Assembly: GCA_002269645.1 (NCBI GenBank)
Contig: NIVC01000096.1
Location: 321,974 to 385,973, forward strand
Length of the DNA: 64,000 nt
Direction of reading: 5' to 3'
Source of the DNA: Macrostomum lignano
Taxonomy: Eukaryota
Below are positions 12,601 to 26,733 of this stretch, piece after piece. A model generated the notes under the pieces. The model made no database searches. It was not told the origin of the DNA and saw only the letters and a list, made by a program, of their open reading frames with translations. Within the stretch, counting starts at the first letter, position 1. Every line of letters starts with the position of its first letter. The position numbers and the translations under genes were made by a program.

Positions 12601-13477
12601 GCCCTCCTTCCCTACGTACAGTGTTGGCGCGCTTGCATAGCCCAGGGGTCAGCTAAATGGGTAAAATTGCCTCAACCTCCACTGGGGTGCCTTTTGCAAT
12701 TGTTATTATGCTGTGCCCTGTTAACACTGCGGAAATGTACACCTGTGTTACATCCGTTCAGATGCATGCATGAACCGATTGCAGGACCATATGCGCAGAT
12801 GAAGCATTTCTGCATCGCATGCAGATGGGTCTCAGATTTCTCCTCAACTCAATCGCTTGGAACTGATGCTCTGGCTACAATTATTATTATTGTTATTATT
12901 ATTATTATTATTGGCACTGAATTCATATGAAACCTATACGGCGGATTTACTCAATAGAGCCTACATATATAAGACTGTGTTTCACACAGAAGACATATAC
13001 AATTCACTTTGTAGCATGTGATATCCGAAATTGAGGACTTCTGCAGTGGCTGCAATGGATGTGTGGAAGTTAAAAACACACAAAACACACACACAAGGCC
13101 ATGCACGCACTGCCTGCCTTATAAAAGACGAGGGGGGTTTAAGGTTACAACTGGAGCCATCTAATTGCAGCAATAATTTCATAGCATAATTTTTTGCTAC
13201 AAAATCTCTGTCAACTTCCTAATGCGCTTGATTTGAGAGATCTGCAGCAGATCTCATGCCGCCACCGAACTGTATAGAAAGCTTATACATCATCATTTAC
13301 GAATGCAATTCTTGTTTATTTAATAAATATGCAACATATCGAGGCTGTTCATTAACGGAAAGAAGAGCGGTTGATATTTGGCACTAATTTGAGACAAAGA
13401 TTCTGCATGACTTCATGTAGACTGCTTCTCGAGTGATATGTGCTTTTTAGAATGCATTTTTGTACTGTGATGAGACT

Positions 13478-14090
13478 ATAGGGAGGGGTGAAAGAGGGTT
13501 AAAGAGAGTGGGAGAGGGTAAGAGAGGGTGGAGAGCTAGGATAAGAAAGGGTGGGAGAGTGTGGGAGAGGGTAAGAGAGGGTAAGAGAGGGTGGGAGAGA
13601 GTGGGAGAGGAAAAGAGAGGGTAAGAGAGGGTGGGAAAGGGTAAGAGAGGGTGTGAGAGGATAATAGAGGGTAAGAGAGGGTAAGAGATGGTGGGAGAGG
13701 GTGGGAGAGGGTGGGAGAGGATAAGAGAGGGTGGGAGAAGGTAAGAGAGGGTAAGAGAGGGTGGGAGAGGATAAGAGAGGGTAAGAGAGGGTAGGAAAGG
13801 GTAAGAGAGGGTAAGAGAGGGTAAGAGAGGGTGGGAAAGGGTAAGAGAGGGTAAGAGAGGGTGGGAAAGGGTAAGAGAGGGTAAGAGAGGGTGGGAATGG
13901 GTAAGTGAGGGTGGGAGTGGGTAAGAGAGGGTGGGAGTGGGTAAGAGAGGGTGGGAGTGGGTAAGAGAGGGTGGGAGTGGGTAAGAGAGGGTGGGAGTGG
14001 GTAAGAGAGGGTGGGAGTGGGTAAGAGAGGGTGGGAGTGGGTAAGAGAGGGTGGGAGTGGGTAAGAGAGGGTGGGAGTGGGTAAGAGAGT
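13478..14090. repeat. G-rich 10-bp purine repeat
   Basis: Mixed gggtaagaga / gggtgggaga / gggtgggagt units. Confidence 0.9.
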
Positions 14091-15044
14091 GTAAGAAAGA
14101 TTTTGTTTTCAAATTTTCATGCCAAATCGGTGCCGTATGCATGCAGCATCATCTCATAATGGCTCCCAATGCCTCATCAATCAGATCCAGAATCGCAATC
14201 CGACGGGGAGCAGAGAACACAATCAGAGAAGGGTAAAAATGTAAATGTATTCTTCCCAACTCCAACAGATCCAGATTACAGAGCCTCCTGCCGATCTCCC
14301 ATTTGCGGGATAATCCCGCTCATAAGCTCGGTCAATCAGCTGGATGACCCCTCGCCCCTGGTAGAATCATTCTCACAATATCCACAGGGAATAACGGCGC
14401 CAGATTAACTTCGAGCGTGCATTGGGGGATCGCTGATAGGGGATAATCTTCCCCTTTAGTTCTCATTCCTCCATAGGGGCCACTTAAAAGCGGATAAACT
14501 CCCCAAATCTGCGACACGAGGCCGGAAAGAGCCAAGATCTCTCAAACTCCCCAAATATAGAATGGGATATTAATCCCTTCGATATTTGCTTCGTTCCAGT
14601 CGAAAAAAGCCAAGATATGTTTTTGTCTGACCAGAGTTATCGGTGACAAAAAGCCAATTTTGTGAACAAATATTTCTCTTTCTATATGACTCTCTCTGTG
14701 TAGACTGTAGAATATCTTACTAATATATATCATATAATAATATAGGTCGCTGACATCAAAGGCAGGCGGCACAGACACACAGGCTTAGCAAGGCAAACGA
14801 ACAAATTAGGAGACCATGGAGAATTTATTTGTTTTTGAGCTTAATAAACGCCTCCCCTTCTAAGAGCTCGACTTGGTGCCGAGCTTCAATAAACAGCGTT
14901 GGACCTAGGCAGCTCAGGGCCGGCTGCTGAGCATGGACCGCTGCAACAGACAATATGGACTGCGGGCTTGAAACCGAGACAGAATGCTAGTACGTTAGAA
15001 ACTGTAAAATAGATACTCTTAGATAGTTACATGTATAGATGGAT

Positions 15045-15752
<708 letters not shown>

Positions 15753-16419
15753 GCTGGTTGTTACAAATATAAATTCTATTTTGTCGTCTTTATCAATGTA
15801 AACAATTTTTGTTAATTAAAATCCGCTCATGGAATGCTTCTCTTAAGTGTCCACGTCCTTTAGTGCGACACTTAGTGGTCTGTTGAGTTTGAGAAATCTT
15901 GCTTCGCTTTCCAATCCAAGTGTTCCCTAGGGGTCTTTGGTAGTAGTCTCACATCTATAGCTCTTAGCCAGTCTATGAGGCTAATAATATGCACTACTCG
16001 TATATAGACCACAAGCATTAAACTGTTTGACAGCTCGTTCGAGCACAGCATTCATAGGTGCCGAATATGATAGCCTGGCCCGGCTGTGTGCACTGCGGTG
16101 TCCTTTGATAATGGATTCTCTCTTAAATCGCTTTGACAGCAGATCGAGGAGCCGGGGGTGCCAAAAGAAAACAAGTTAAATAAAAAGAGAACAGGAAATT
16201 TCTTTCAATAGAAAAGCAGCGAGTGTCATCATCGCATATTTTTTTAATTACTGCCAGGTGCCAGGTGCTATACGATGCTGCAAGATGGCTGTTTAACTGA
16301 CTATGCAAGTTTGAGTAGACCCTGTGGCTTACGGGCTTTAAGTTAAGCTGACGCTGGACATTATGCTTGATAGAAAAGAATGCTTTTGCGTTAGAAACTG
16401 TAAAGGCAGATATATACCA

Positions 16420-16420
16420 G

Positions 16421-16467
<47 letters not shown>

Positions 16468-16468
16468 G

Positions 16469-16563
<95 letters not shown>

Positions 16564-16588
16564 GTAGATAGATAGATAGATAGATAGG

Positions 16589-16647
<59 letters not shown>

Positions 16648-16648
16648 G

Positions 16649-16686
<38 letters not shown>

Positions 16687-16793
16687 TATATAGATAGATA
16701 GGTAGATAGATAGATAGATAGGTAGATAGATAGATAGATAGATAGATAGGTAGATAGATAGATAGATAGATAGGTAGATAGATAGATAGATAT

Positions 16794-16853
<60 letters not shown>

Positions 16854-16918
16854 GTAGATAGATAGGTAGATAGATAGATAGATAGATAGATAGGTAGATA
16901 GATAGGTAGATAGATAGG

Positions 16919-16957
<39 letters not shown>

Positions 16958-17005
16958 GTAGATAGATAGATATATAGATAGATAGATAGATAGATAGATG
17001 TAGAT
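16420..17005. repeat. (GATA)n microsatellite with GGTA variants
   Basis: Direct inspection. Confidence 0.98.
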
Positions 17006-17619
17006 AGGCATCCATTAAAAAGACAGATAAATAGAGACACAGAGACAGACATTAACAAGATAGATAAACAAATGCAAGAAACAGACGGTTGGACAAACGC
17101 AACAGGTAATAACTGCGCGCATGTTTCACTGTGAGCACACTGACTCACCTGACAATTACATCTTTAATGCTGCTACACAGTCCTGAAGCGACAGTCGTTT
17201 AACAAACACTCCACCCTACCCTACAATAAGCTACAGAACAGTGCAAAACAGAAAGCCTATCAGCTGTCAATCAAGTGCTCGGGATTGAACTCTCGCTTTT
17301 TCTCACCGCGATGAGCCAGCATTTAATTAGAATTTTTACTCCAGCCCGCCAACATCGCTAAGCATGCGATGCGCATTTACCATTTTTATAGTAGAGACAC
17401 GTACAATTAAATAAGAGTGGCGTCAGCAGGAAAGCAATCGAGCTGAAGCAGCTGAAAGATAGCAGCGACTCAGCGCAAAACTGCAGTGGTTTGCCTGTGC
17501 TAAAGCACTACAACTTGATGCTCAATTCTAATGAACGCAGTGCTAATACTGAAAAGAATCACTACTGCCTTTGGCGAGACAAAAGCGGGAATCTAGAGGA
17601 GGCCGAGGCCCAGCAATTA

Positions 17620-18372
17620 AGGATCTGGGAGGCTGGCACAGAAACTGAGGATCTGGGAGGCTGGCACAGAAACTGAGGATCTGGGAGGCTGGCCCAGAAA
17701 CTGAGGATCTGGGAGGCTGGCACAGAAACTGAGGATCTGGGAGGCTGGCCCAGCAACTGAGGATCTGGGAGGCTGGCCCAGAAACTGAGGATCTGGGAGG
17801 CTGGCCCAGCAACTGGGGATCTGGGAGGCTGGCACAGAAACTAAGGATCTGGGAGGCTGGCTCATCAACTGAGGATCTGGGAGGCTGGCACAGCAACTAA
17901 GGATCTGGGAGGCTGGCTCATCAACTGAGGATCTGGGAGGCTGGCACAGCAACTGAGGATCTGGAAGGCTGGCACAGCAACTGAGGATCTCGAGGCTGGC
18001 CCAGAAACTGAGGATCTGGGAGGCTGGCACAGCAACTGAGGATCTGGGAGGCTGGCCCAGCAACTGAGGATCTGGGAGGCTGGCTCAGCAACTGAGGATC
18101 TCGAGGCTGGCCCAGAAACTGAGGATCTGGGAGGCTGGCTCATTAACTGAGGATCTGGGAGGCTGGCTCATCAACTGAGGATCTGGGAGGCCGACCCAGC
18201 AACTGAGGATCTGGGAGGCTGGCCCAGAAACTGAGGATCTGGGAGGCTGGACCAGCAACAGAGGATCTGGGAGGCTGGCCCAGCAACTGAGGATCTGGGA
18301 GGCTGGCCCAGCAACTGAGGATCTGGGAGGCTGGCTCAGCAACTGAGGATGTGGGAGGCTGGCCCAGCAACT
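17620..18372. repeat. 28-bp minisatellite (same family as 24465-24655)
   Basis: Unit ggatctgggaggctggcccagcaactga. Confidence 0.95.
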
Positions 18373-19184
18373 GTATTTCTGTGCGTATGGCTAGAGATAA
18401 CCTAGAGAATAAATTTATCAATGGATATGGACGAGTAGCTACTCGATATTCTGTACTCATAGTAGGCACAATCGAGCAGTGCGATAATATTATTATAAAA
18501 AGAAAGTAACAAATGAAAACATAGAAATGCTGTTTACTGTAACAAACACAAATGAACTCTTTGAATAGACAACAATGCCTTTGATTTTGTTAATTTCAGC
18601 GGCACGAATTCAAATATTTTATTTAGTCTCATACCGATTGCATGTTGATAAATAGACAATGGCTGCATCAATATATTGTAGCAAGAATTTGAAATGTTTA
18701 ATTGTGTTCAAACACTTCAAAATGTGTATTAAAATGAATTTAGGGTTGTTTATTAAATGAAAAACTGAGTCAGTGAGTCTTGATAAACTTTCTCAACATC
18801 CATAGCTGAAATCAGTATTGGTGAAAAGAAATTATTTAAAAAACATAACATACTACTTTTGAACTTGAGTAGTAAATAGATTAACAATAGGTAAATGTAG
18901 ATTACCGGTTAAATATCAGAAACTCTTTGTCTTTAGATTAAATGCTGTTGCAATGCTTTTAATATTTTTTTCAATTGACAAAGACAATTTACTTAACAGC
19001 AGAGTGAAAACAGCTTGAGGGCACAATGCGAATTTCCAGGGTGGCGTATATAAATGAGAACTGAGTAGTTACTGTCAAACCAAAAAATCTGATAAAAAGC
19101 TATATTAATAAGGCTAAGGAGGGAACAACAGAGAAAGTGCAATTCAAAGTTTCCACTTTCGATTTGGGAGAGAGGGATAAAGGG

Positions 19185-19850
19185 TGAGAGTATGGGTGAG
19201 AGTCGATGAGATTTTGACTGAGAGTCAGGGTGAGAGTCAGGTAGAGAGTTGGGGTGAGAGTCTAGGTGAGAGTCAGGGTGAGAGTTGGGGTGTCAGGGTG
19301 AGAGTCAGGTAGAGAGTTGGGGTGAGAGTCAGGGTGAGAGTTGGGGTGTTAGGGTGAGAGTCAGGTAGAGAGTTGGGGTGAGAGTCTAGGTGAGAGTCAG
19401 GGTGAGAGTTGGGGTGTTAGGGTGAGAGTCAGGTTGAGATTTGGGGTGAGAGTCCGGTTGAGAGTCAGGGTGAGAGTCGGGTTGGGAGTTGGGGTGAGAG
19501 TCAGGGTGAGAGTTGGGATGAGAGTTGGGTAAAGAGTCAGGGTGAGAGTTGGGGTGTCAGGGTGAGAGTCAGGGTGAGAGTTGGGGTGAGAGTTGGGGTG
19601 AGAGTTGGGGTGAGAGTTGGGTAAAGAGTCAGGGTGAGAGTTGGGGTGAGAGTCAGATTGAGAGTTGGGATGAGAGTCAGGTTGAGAATCAGGGTGAGAG
19701 TACGGGTGAGAGTACCGGTGAGAGTCAGGGTGAGAGTCAGGGTAAGAGTCAGGGTGAGAGTCAGGGTAAGAGTCAGGTTGAGAGTCAGGGTGAGAGTCAG
19801 GGTAAGAGTCAGGTTGAGAGTCAGGGTGAGAGTTGGCGTGAGAGTCAGGA
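19185..19850. repeat. 12-bp G-rich minisatellite
   Basis: Unit gggtgagagt(ca/tg). Confidence 0.92.
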
Positions 19851-20002
19851 TGGGAGAAATACAAGACTTATTACAATAAAACAAAAGAGAAAATCTGCCA
19901 AATTAAATTTTTCATACGAGTAAGCAACAGAAGTGTACAATAGATGCACACAGTGGCAGACAGAGATTCACATGAATAAAAGGCAGAACATAAAAAACCA
20001 AA

Positions 20003-23000
20003 TCAATCCAACAGTCTCACGCAGCAGATCGCATCCTCTGGTCGCATCTCTAGCAGGGCAACGCAGCCGTCATTGAAACTGAAGGCGTAGTCGCCATCGA
20101 TCACCAGCCTGGCGTCCCACATTCGAGACCGGACTCGAATCAGGTCCGTCACGCCGCGGCACTGATCGGCCGCGAACACGGAATTAACAACCGGATCCCG
20201 AACTGCCCAGGCCATGCGGATCAGCTCCGGGTCGAATGTTAACGCAGAATTGTAGTTGCGCGCTATGCTAGCGATTTCGGCTGGAGTGTAGCGGCGACTG
20301 CGGCTGCCACTGCCGTCAGGTGAGTCAGCTAATTGGTTGGCGTAGTGCAGGATCTCCTCTACCTGGCTCTCGGCTGCAGGTGGGGGGATTTCTGGCTTTC
20401 TAGTTCGAGTTTAGGGGCGATTGCTAAAGTTTAGGGCAATTCCTAAAGTGAGTTTAGTGGAGATTCCTTAAGTGAGTTGAGGGCGACTCCTAAAGTGAGT
20501 TGAGGGCGATTCCTAAAGTGAGTTGAGTGCGATTCCTAAAGTGAGTTTAGTGGCGATTCCTAAAGTGAGTTTAGTGGCGACTCCTAAAGTGAGTTTAGGG
20601 CAATTCCTAAAGTGAGTTCAGTGGCGATTCCTAAAGTGAGTTTAGTGGCGATTCCTAAAGTGAGTTTAGTGGCGATTCCTAAAGTGAGTTTAGGGCAATT
20701 CCTAAAGTGAGTTTAGTGGCGATTCCTAAAGTTAGTTTAGTGGCGATTCCTAAAGTGAGTTTAGTGGCGATTCCTAAAGTGAGTTTAGTGGCGATTCCTT
20801 AAGTGAGTTGAGGGCGATTCCTAAAGTGAGTTGAGGGCGATTCCTAAAGTGAGTTGAGGGCGATTCCTAAAGTGAGTTTAGTGGCGATTCCTAAAGTGAG
20901 TTGAGTGGCGATTCCTAAAGTGAGTTTAGTGGCGATTCCTAAAGTGAGTTTAGTGGCGACTCCTAAAGTGAGTTTAGGGCAATTCCTAAAGTGAGTTTAG
21001 TGGCGATTCCTAAAGTTAGTTTAGTGGCGATTCCTAAAGTGAGTTTAGTGGCGATTCCTAAAGTTAGTTTAGTGGCGATTCCTTAAGTGAGTTGAGGGCG
21101 ACTCCTAAAGTGAGTTGAGGGCGATTCCTAAAGTGAGTTTAGTGGCGATTCCTAAAGTTAGTTTAGTGGCGATTCCTAAAGTGAGTTTAGTGGCGATTCC
21201 TAAAGTGAGTTTAGTGGCGATTCCTTAAGTGAGTTGAGGGCGATTCCTAAAGTGAGTTGAGGGCGATTCCTAAAGTGAGTTGAGGGCGATTCCTAAAGTG
21301 AGTTTAGTGGCGATTCCTAAAGTGAGTTGAGTGGCGATTCCTAAAGTGAGTTTAGTGGCGATTCCTAAAGTGAGTTTAGTGGCGACTCCTAAAGTGAGTT
21401 TAGGGCAATTCCTAAAGTGAGTTTAGTGGCGATTCCTAAAGTGAGTTTAGTGGCGATTCCTTAAGTGAGTTGAGGGCGACTCCTAAAGTGAGTTGAGGGC
21501 GATTCCTAAAGTGAGTTGAGGGCGATTCCTAAAGTGAGTTTAGTGGCGATTCCTAAAGTGAGTTCAGTGGCGACTCCTAAAGTGAGTTTAGGGCAATTCC
21601 TAAAGTGAGTTTAGTGGCGATTCCTAAAGTGAGTTCAGTGGCGATTCCTAAAGTGAGTTTAGTGGCGACTCCTAAAGTGAGTTTAGTGGCGACTCCTAAA
21701 GTGAGTTTAGTGGCGACTCCTAAAGTGAGTTTAGTGGCGACTCCTAAAGTGAGTTTAGTGGCGATTCCTAAAGTGAGTTTAGTGGCGATTCCTAAAGTGA
21801 GTTTAGTGGCGACTCCTAAAGTGAGTTTAGGGACGATTCCTAAAGTGAGTTGAGAGCGATTCCTAAAGTTTAGGGAAATTCCTAAAGTGAGTTTAGTGGC
21901 GACTCCTAAAGTGAGTTTAGTGGCGATTCCTAAAGTGAGTTTAGTGGCGATTCCTAAAGTGAGTTGAGTGGCGATTCCTAAAGTGAGTTTAGTGGCGACT
22001 CCTAAAGTGAGTTTAGTGGTGATTTCTAAAGTGAGTTTAGTGGCGATTCCTAAAGTGAGTTTAGTGGCGACTCCTAAAGTGAGTTTAGGGACGATTCCTA
22101 AAGTGAGTTGAGAGCGATTCCTAAAGTTTAGGGAAATTCCTAAAGTGAGTTTAGTGGCGACTCCTAAAGTGAGTTTAGTGGCGATTCCTAAAGTGAGTTT
22201 AGTGGCGATTCCTAAAGTGAGTTGAGTGGCGATTCCTAAAGTGAGTTTAGTGGCGACTCCTAAAGTGAGTTTAGGGACGATTCCTAAAGTGAGTTGAGAG
22301 CGATTCCTAAAGTTTAGGGCAACTCCTAAAGTGAGTTTAGGGACGATTCCTAAAGTGAGTTTAGTGGCGACTCCTAAAGTGAGTTTAGGGCGATTCCTAT
22401 AGAAATTTTAGGGCGATTCCTATAGAAATTTTAGGGCGATTCCTATAGAAATGTTAGGGCGATTCCTATAGAAATGTTAGGGCGATTCCTATAGAAATGT
22501 TAGGGCGATTCCTATAGAAATGTTAGGGCGATTCCTATAGAAATGTTGGGGCGATTCCTACATAAATTTTAGAGCGATTCCTATAGAGATTTTAGGTCTT
22601 TAGGATTTAAGGGAGTTAAGGATCTATTTTTAGCGGGAATTTAAATACGCGATTTCTTAGCGACAATCAGACTTCAAAGGCTATTTAACAATGAAAATTT
22701 CGCGTCAATGTTTAAACTCACACAGGTGATTGATATGGAAATACCAAGAAGTGGACCCGGTCCCAGTGCACACGGTCACTCCGGAGGATTTCTGCTTTCG
22801 CATTCGCCCCTCTCGGCCCAGTCCCATCTCATAATAGGACACCCTGGCCGACAGGGACTCGCCGATGAACACTTCGTTCAGGGCGAGCACTGGCAGCGGG
22901 CTGAGCTCATGCTCCTGGCACTGCAGCATCGGCTGCCGGCGCAGCCAAGCCTCCTCGAGCTCCTTGTAGTGCTCCGAAAAGCGGTACTCCGGGTACCTTA

Positions 23001-26000
23001 GGTGTAACGACTGCAGGCGGCTGGCGCCATCGGCTGGGCTGTCCGCTGACGACTGGCTGCTGGAAGGCAATCCCGTTGACATGGAGACCCGGATGCGTTG
23101 CCGCCACAGCCAGCGGAACCTGGGCGAATGGGAGCGGCGGATCAGGATCTGGGGAATGGGGATCTGGAATGGGGAATGGGGATCTGAGATGTGGAATGGG
23201 GATCTGGGATGGGAAATGGGGATCTGGGATGGGGAATGGGGATCTGGGATGGGAAATGGGGATCTGGAATGGGGATCTGGGATGGGGAATGGGGATTTGG
23301 AATGGGGAATGGGGAATGGGGATTAGGAATGGGGAATGGGGATCTGGGAAAGGGAATGGGAATCTGGGATGGGGAATGGGGATTTGGGATGGGGAATGGG
23401 GATCTTGGAAAAGGAATGGGAATCTGGGATGGGGAATGGGAATTTGGGATGGGGAATGGGGATTTGGGATGGGAATAGCGGATCTAGGATAGGGCATGGG
23501 GACCTGGGATGAGGCATGTGGATCTGATATGGAGAGTGGAAGGCTGAATTACGGATTGGGGATCTTATCTAGAATGAAAAATGGGGATCTAAAATGAGGA
23601 ATGGGGTTCTGGGATGGGAAAGGGGATCTGGAATTGGGGAATGTGGATCTGGAATGGGGAATAGGGATCTGGAATGGGGAATAGGGATCTGGGATGAGAA
23701 AAGGGGATCTAGGAGGCTCTAAGCTTGAACTGATGCATGATGCAATTCGAGTTCATAAACTGGGGATCTGGGATCAGCATTAAACCTGTCCGCCTCGTGA
23801 CTAACGGGCCGGTCCATTGTTCCGGACTGCGGGCCCATGATAAGGGCAGAGGCGCCGCTGTCTCTCTTGCAACCCAAACTGCTAACTCCGATGCGACACT
23901 GTGAGAACTGCTGTCAATATCAGAGCTCAACTGGGTGCGAATTTGCCTCTGATGGCTGCATATTGAGCAGCTGGAGGCGCAACTACTGATAATGTAAGCT
24001 GAGTGGCTGCTGCACCTGGGTCTGGGAGGGCGGTGGCTGAGCCTGGGGTCTGGGAGGGCGGTGGCTGAGCCTGGGGTCTGGGAGGGCGTGGCTGAGCCTG
24101 GGGTCTGGGAGGGCGTGGCTGAGCCTGGGGTCTGGGAGGGCGGTGGCTGAGTCCGGGGTCTGGGAGGGCGTGGCTGAGCCTGGGGTCTGGGAGGGCGGTG
24201 GCTGAGCTTGGGGTCTGGGAGGGCGGTGGCTGAGCCTGGGGTCTGGGAGGGCGGTGGATGAGCTTGGGGTCTGGGAGGGCGGTGGCTGAGCCTGGGGTCT
24301 GGGAGGGCGGTGGCTGAGCCTTGGGTCTGGGAGGGCGGTGGCTGAGCCTTGGGTCTGGGAGGGCGGTGGCTGAGCCTGGGGTCTGGGAGAGCGGTGGCTG
24401 AGCCTGGGGTCTGGGAGGGCGGTGGCTGAGCCTGGGGTCTGGGAGGGCGGTGGCTGAGTCTGGGAGGGTGGCCCAGCAACTGAGGATCTGGGAGGCTGGC
24501 CCAGCAACTGAGGATCTGGGAGGCTGGCCCAGCAACTGAGGATCTGGGAGGCTGGCCCAGCAACTGAGGATCTGGGAGGCTGGCCCAGCAACTGAGGATC
24601 TGGGAGGCTGGCCCAGCAACTGAGGATCTGGGAGGCTGGCCCAGCAATCGAGGATCTGATGCGAGACTCCGCAGGCTCACCTTCCAGCCAGCAAGGCATC
24701 GATGGCATCGGGCGCAGTCTTGCTGGTCGGCATGCACAGGTAGCCTTCTGACTTTCCCGGATCGGTGTTGACGCCAATCAAAGGCTTAGTGGCGGATTTA
24801 ATCCGGCTGGCGGCCAGCAGAAAGGTGCCGTCGCCGCCAGCTGAAACCACGGCGTCGGCCCAGTCGATGGCGGCCAAGGTGTACATGTTGCGGGACACCA
24901 CCTGGCAGTCGATGCCGCGCTGTCTGAATTGAAATTTAGGTACAGATTGATCAGTGCTGAAGCAGTGATCATTACATTGGAAATAAGAACAAAGCCAACA
25001 ATTACATACAATACAATACAGAGAAACGGAGTGGGGGGGGGGGAAAGAGGGAGGAGAGAGCGAGATGGAGAGGAAGAGAGGGAGAGGGAAATAGGGTGAA
25101 AGGGAAATAGGGAGAGGGGGATTGGGAGAGTGGGAGAGGGAGAGGGAGAGGGAGAGGGAGGGTAGAGTGTGAGAGGGAAAGGGGGTGAGAGGAGAGGAAG
25201 AGAGGGAGAAGGAGATGGAGAGGGAGAGGGAGGGAGAGAGAGTGAGAGAAAGAGGAGTGGGAGAGGGTAAGAGGGAGAAGAAAAGAGGGAGAGAGAGCGA
25301 GGTACAGGGAGAGAGGGAGATGGAGTGAGAGGAGTAAGCTAAATCTTTTATGCTTATAAACATACATATATTAGTACTTTATATTAGCACATGTGAATTT
25401 ACAGTTAAATTTAACTCACTGCAGATGAGCCACCAGCGAATTCAAGGTGCCATGGTGAACATTGTGGTGCAGCAGTAAATTATCGTAATCCGACCCTTTG
25501 CGCTTTAACTTAAATTTAGATGAAAAAGGATACGATTGTTGATTAACTTAACAATTCTCTAAAACCTCAGATCCCTAAACTCTGAATCCCTAACTTTAAA
25601 TGCATAAACTCCAAATCCCCAAACTCCAAGTCTCTAAACTCCAAGTCTCTAAACTCCAAATCCCCAAACTCCAAGTCTCTAAACTCCAAGTCTCTAAACT
25701 CCAAGTCTCTAAACTCCAAATCCCCAAACTCCAAGTCTCTAAACTCCAAATCTCTAAACTCCAAATCCCCAGACTCTAAATCCCCAAACTCTAAATCCCC
25801 AAACTCCAAGTCTCTAAACTCTAAATCCCCAAACTCCAAATCTCTAAACTCCAAATCCCCAAACTCCAAGTCTCTAAACTCCAAGTCTCTAAACTCCAAG
25901 TCTCTAAACTCCAAATCCCCAAACTCCAAGTCTCTAAACTCTAAATCCCCAAACTCCAAGTCTCTAAACTCCAAACTCCAAGTCTCTAAACTCCAAATCC

Positions 26001-26733
26001 CAAAACTCTAAATATCTAAACTCCAAATCTCTAAACTCCAAATCCCCAAACTCCAAGTCTCTAAACTCCTAATCCCCAAACTCCAAGTCTCTAAACTCCA
26101 AATCCCAAAACTCCAAATCCCTAAACTCCAAGTCTCTAAACTCCAAATCTCAAAACTCCAAATCCCCAAACTCCAAGTCTCTAAACTCTAAATCCCTAAA
26201 CTCCAAATCCCCAAACTCCAAATCTTTAAACTCCAAATCTCTAAACTCCACATTCTCAAACGACTAATCTTAATACTTCCACTTGAAAGTCCATAAAATC
26301 CAAATCCCGAAACAACAAATCCAAGACCATAAATCCCTATAATCTAATTAATTCCATAAAATTGAAATCCAAAAAGTAAAATTTGTTAAACACTAAATTC
26401 ATAAACTACAAATCCATAGGTGTCAATGCAGATATAATAGAGCAGGAACAAATCACTCACATGATCCTTCAGCTTCTCCTCAGACAGATGCGGATTAAGC
26501 GATCTCTCATACTCCAAGCGAGTAATTTTAGTTAGCAGCAGAAGTCGTCTGGGCTCAAAACCAGGCAGCTGCTGGGAGAAGCGCATGGCTGGTTGGCACC
26601 AACCGCCCGTGGCAGCAGAGGAGAGCAATTTAGCCAACTGTTTGGTACCAGTGCAGCATCGGTTGCACTGGCTGACAGTCGCAATGGCCAACTGACATCC
26701 ATGCACTGTGCGAAGTATAACTGAACCAAGCAT
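20003..26733 (-). CDS. NADK2: Mitochondrial NAD kinase 2, 5 exons, 457 aa predicted
   Basis: Exons (minus): 26733-26461, 25508-25420, 24923-24681, 23119-22722, 20373-20003; phases 0,2,2,1, total 1374 nt. Motifs: AGGDGTFLLAAS (GGDG), KPLIGVNTDP, FRWLWRQRIR, LALNEVFIGESLS (NE), KQKSSGVTVCTGTGSTSW (Gly-rich), VRSRMWDARLVIDG...FNDG. Basic/hydroxylated N-terminus compatible with a mitochondrial presequence. Confidence 0.95.
20410..22585. repeat. 24-bp minisatellite (about 80-90 units) grading into a 22-bp variant; fills NADK2 intron 4
   Basis: Unit gtgagtttagtggcgattcctaaa; the distal part is ttagggcgattcctatagaaat(g/t). Confidence 0.96.
23125..23715. repeat. About 20-bp G-rich minisatellite in NADK2 intron 3
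   Basis: Unit approx. gggatctgggatggggaatg. Confidence 0.9.
24017..24655. repeat. Compound array of two related 28-bp units in NADK2 intron 3
   Basis: ggtggctgagcctggggtctgggagggc (24017-24465), then ggatctgggaggctggcccagcaactga (24465-24655). Confidence 0.95.
25030..25335. repeat. Polypurine low-complexity tract in NADK2 intron 2
   Basis: GA-rich degenerate repeats. Confidence 0.85.
25565..26260. repeat. 15-bp minisatellite in NADK2 intron 1
   Basis: Units aaactccaagtctct / aaactccaaatcccc. Confidence 0.95.

Noticed and set aside
14820-14960. LTR-like patch with two AATAAA motifs and TGGTGCCGAG
   Set aside because: No TG...CA boundaries, second LTR or internal domain could be identified.
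16123-17148. SIYL-repeat ORFs (also 44783..45709) and SVCL-repeat ORFs (35086..36466)
   Set aside because: Tetranucleotide microsatellite translations; only the ZC4H2 exon 2 part of 44783..45709 is real.
17270-17325. Minus-strand A/B-box-like motifs (TGGCTCATCGCGG ... GAGTTCAATCCC)
   Set aside because: Spacing is too short and there is no cloverleaf; at most a SINE relic.
23709-24777. Pro-rich ORFs in NADK2 intron 3, including unique sequence at 23770-24015 as a possible extra exon
   Set aside because: Repeat-derived. Exon 3 splices in phase to exon 4 (GR|FRWLWRQRIR), matching the family with no gap.
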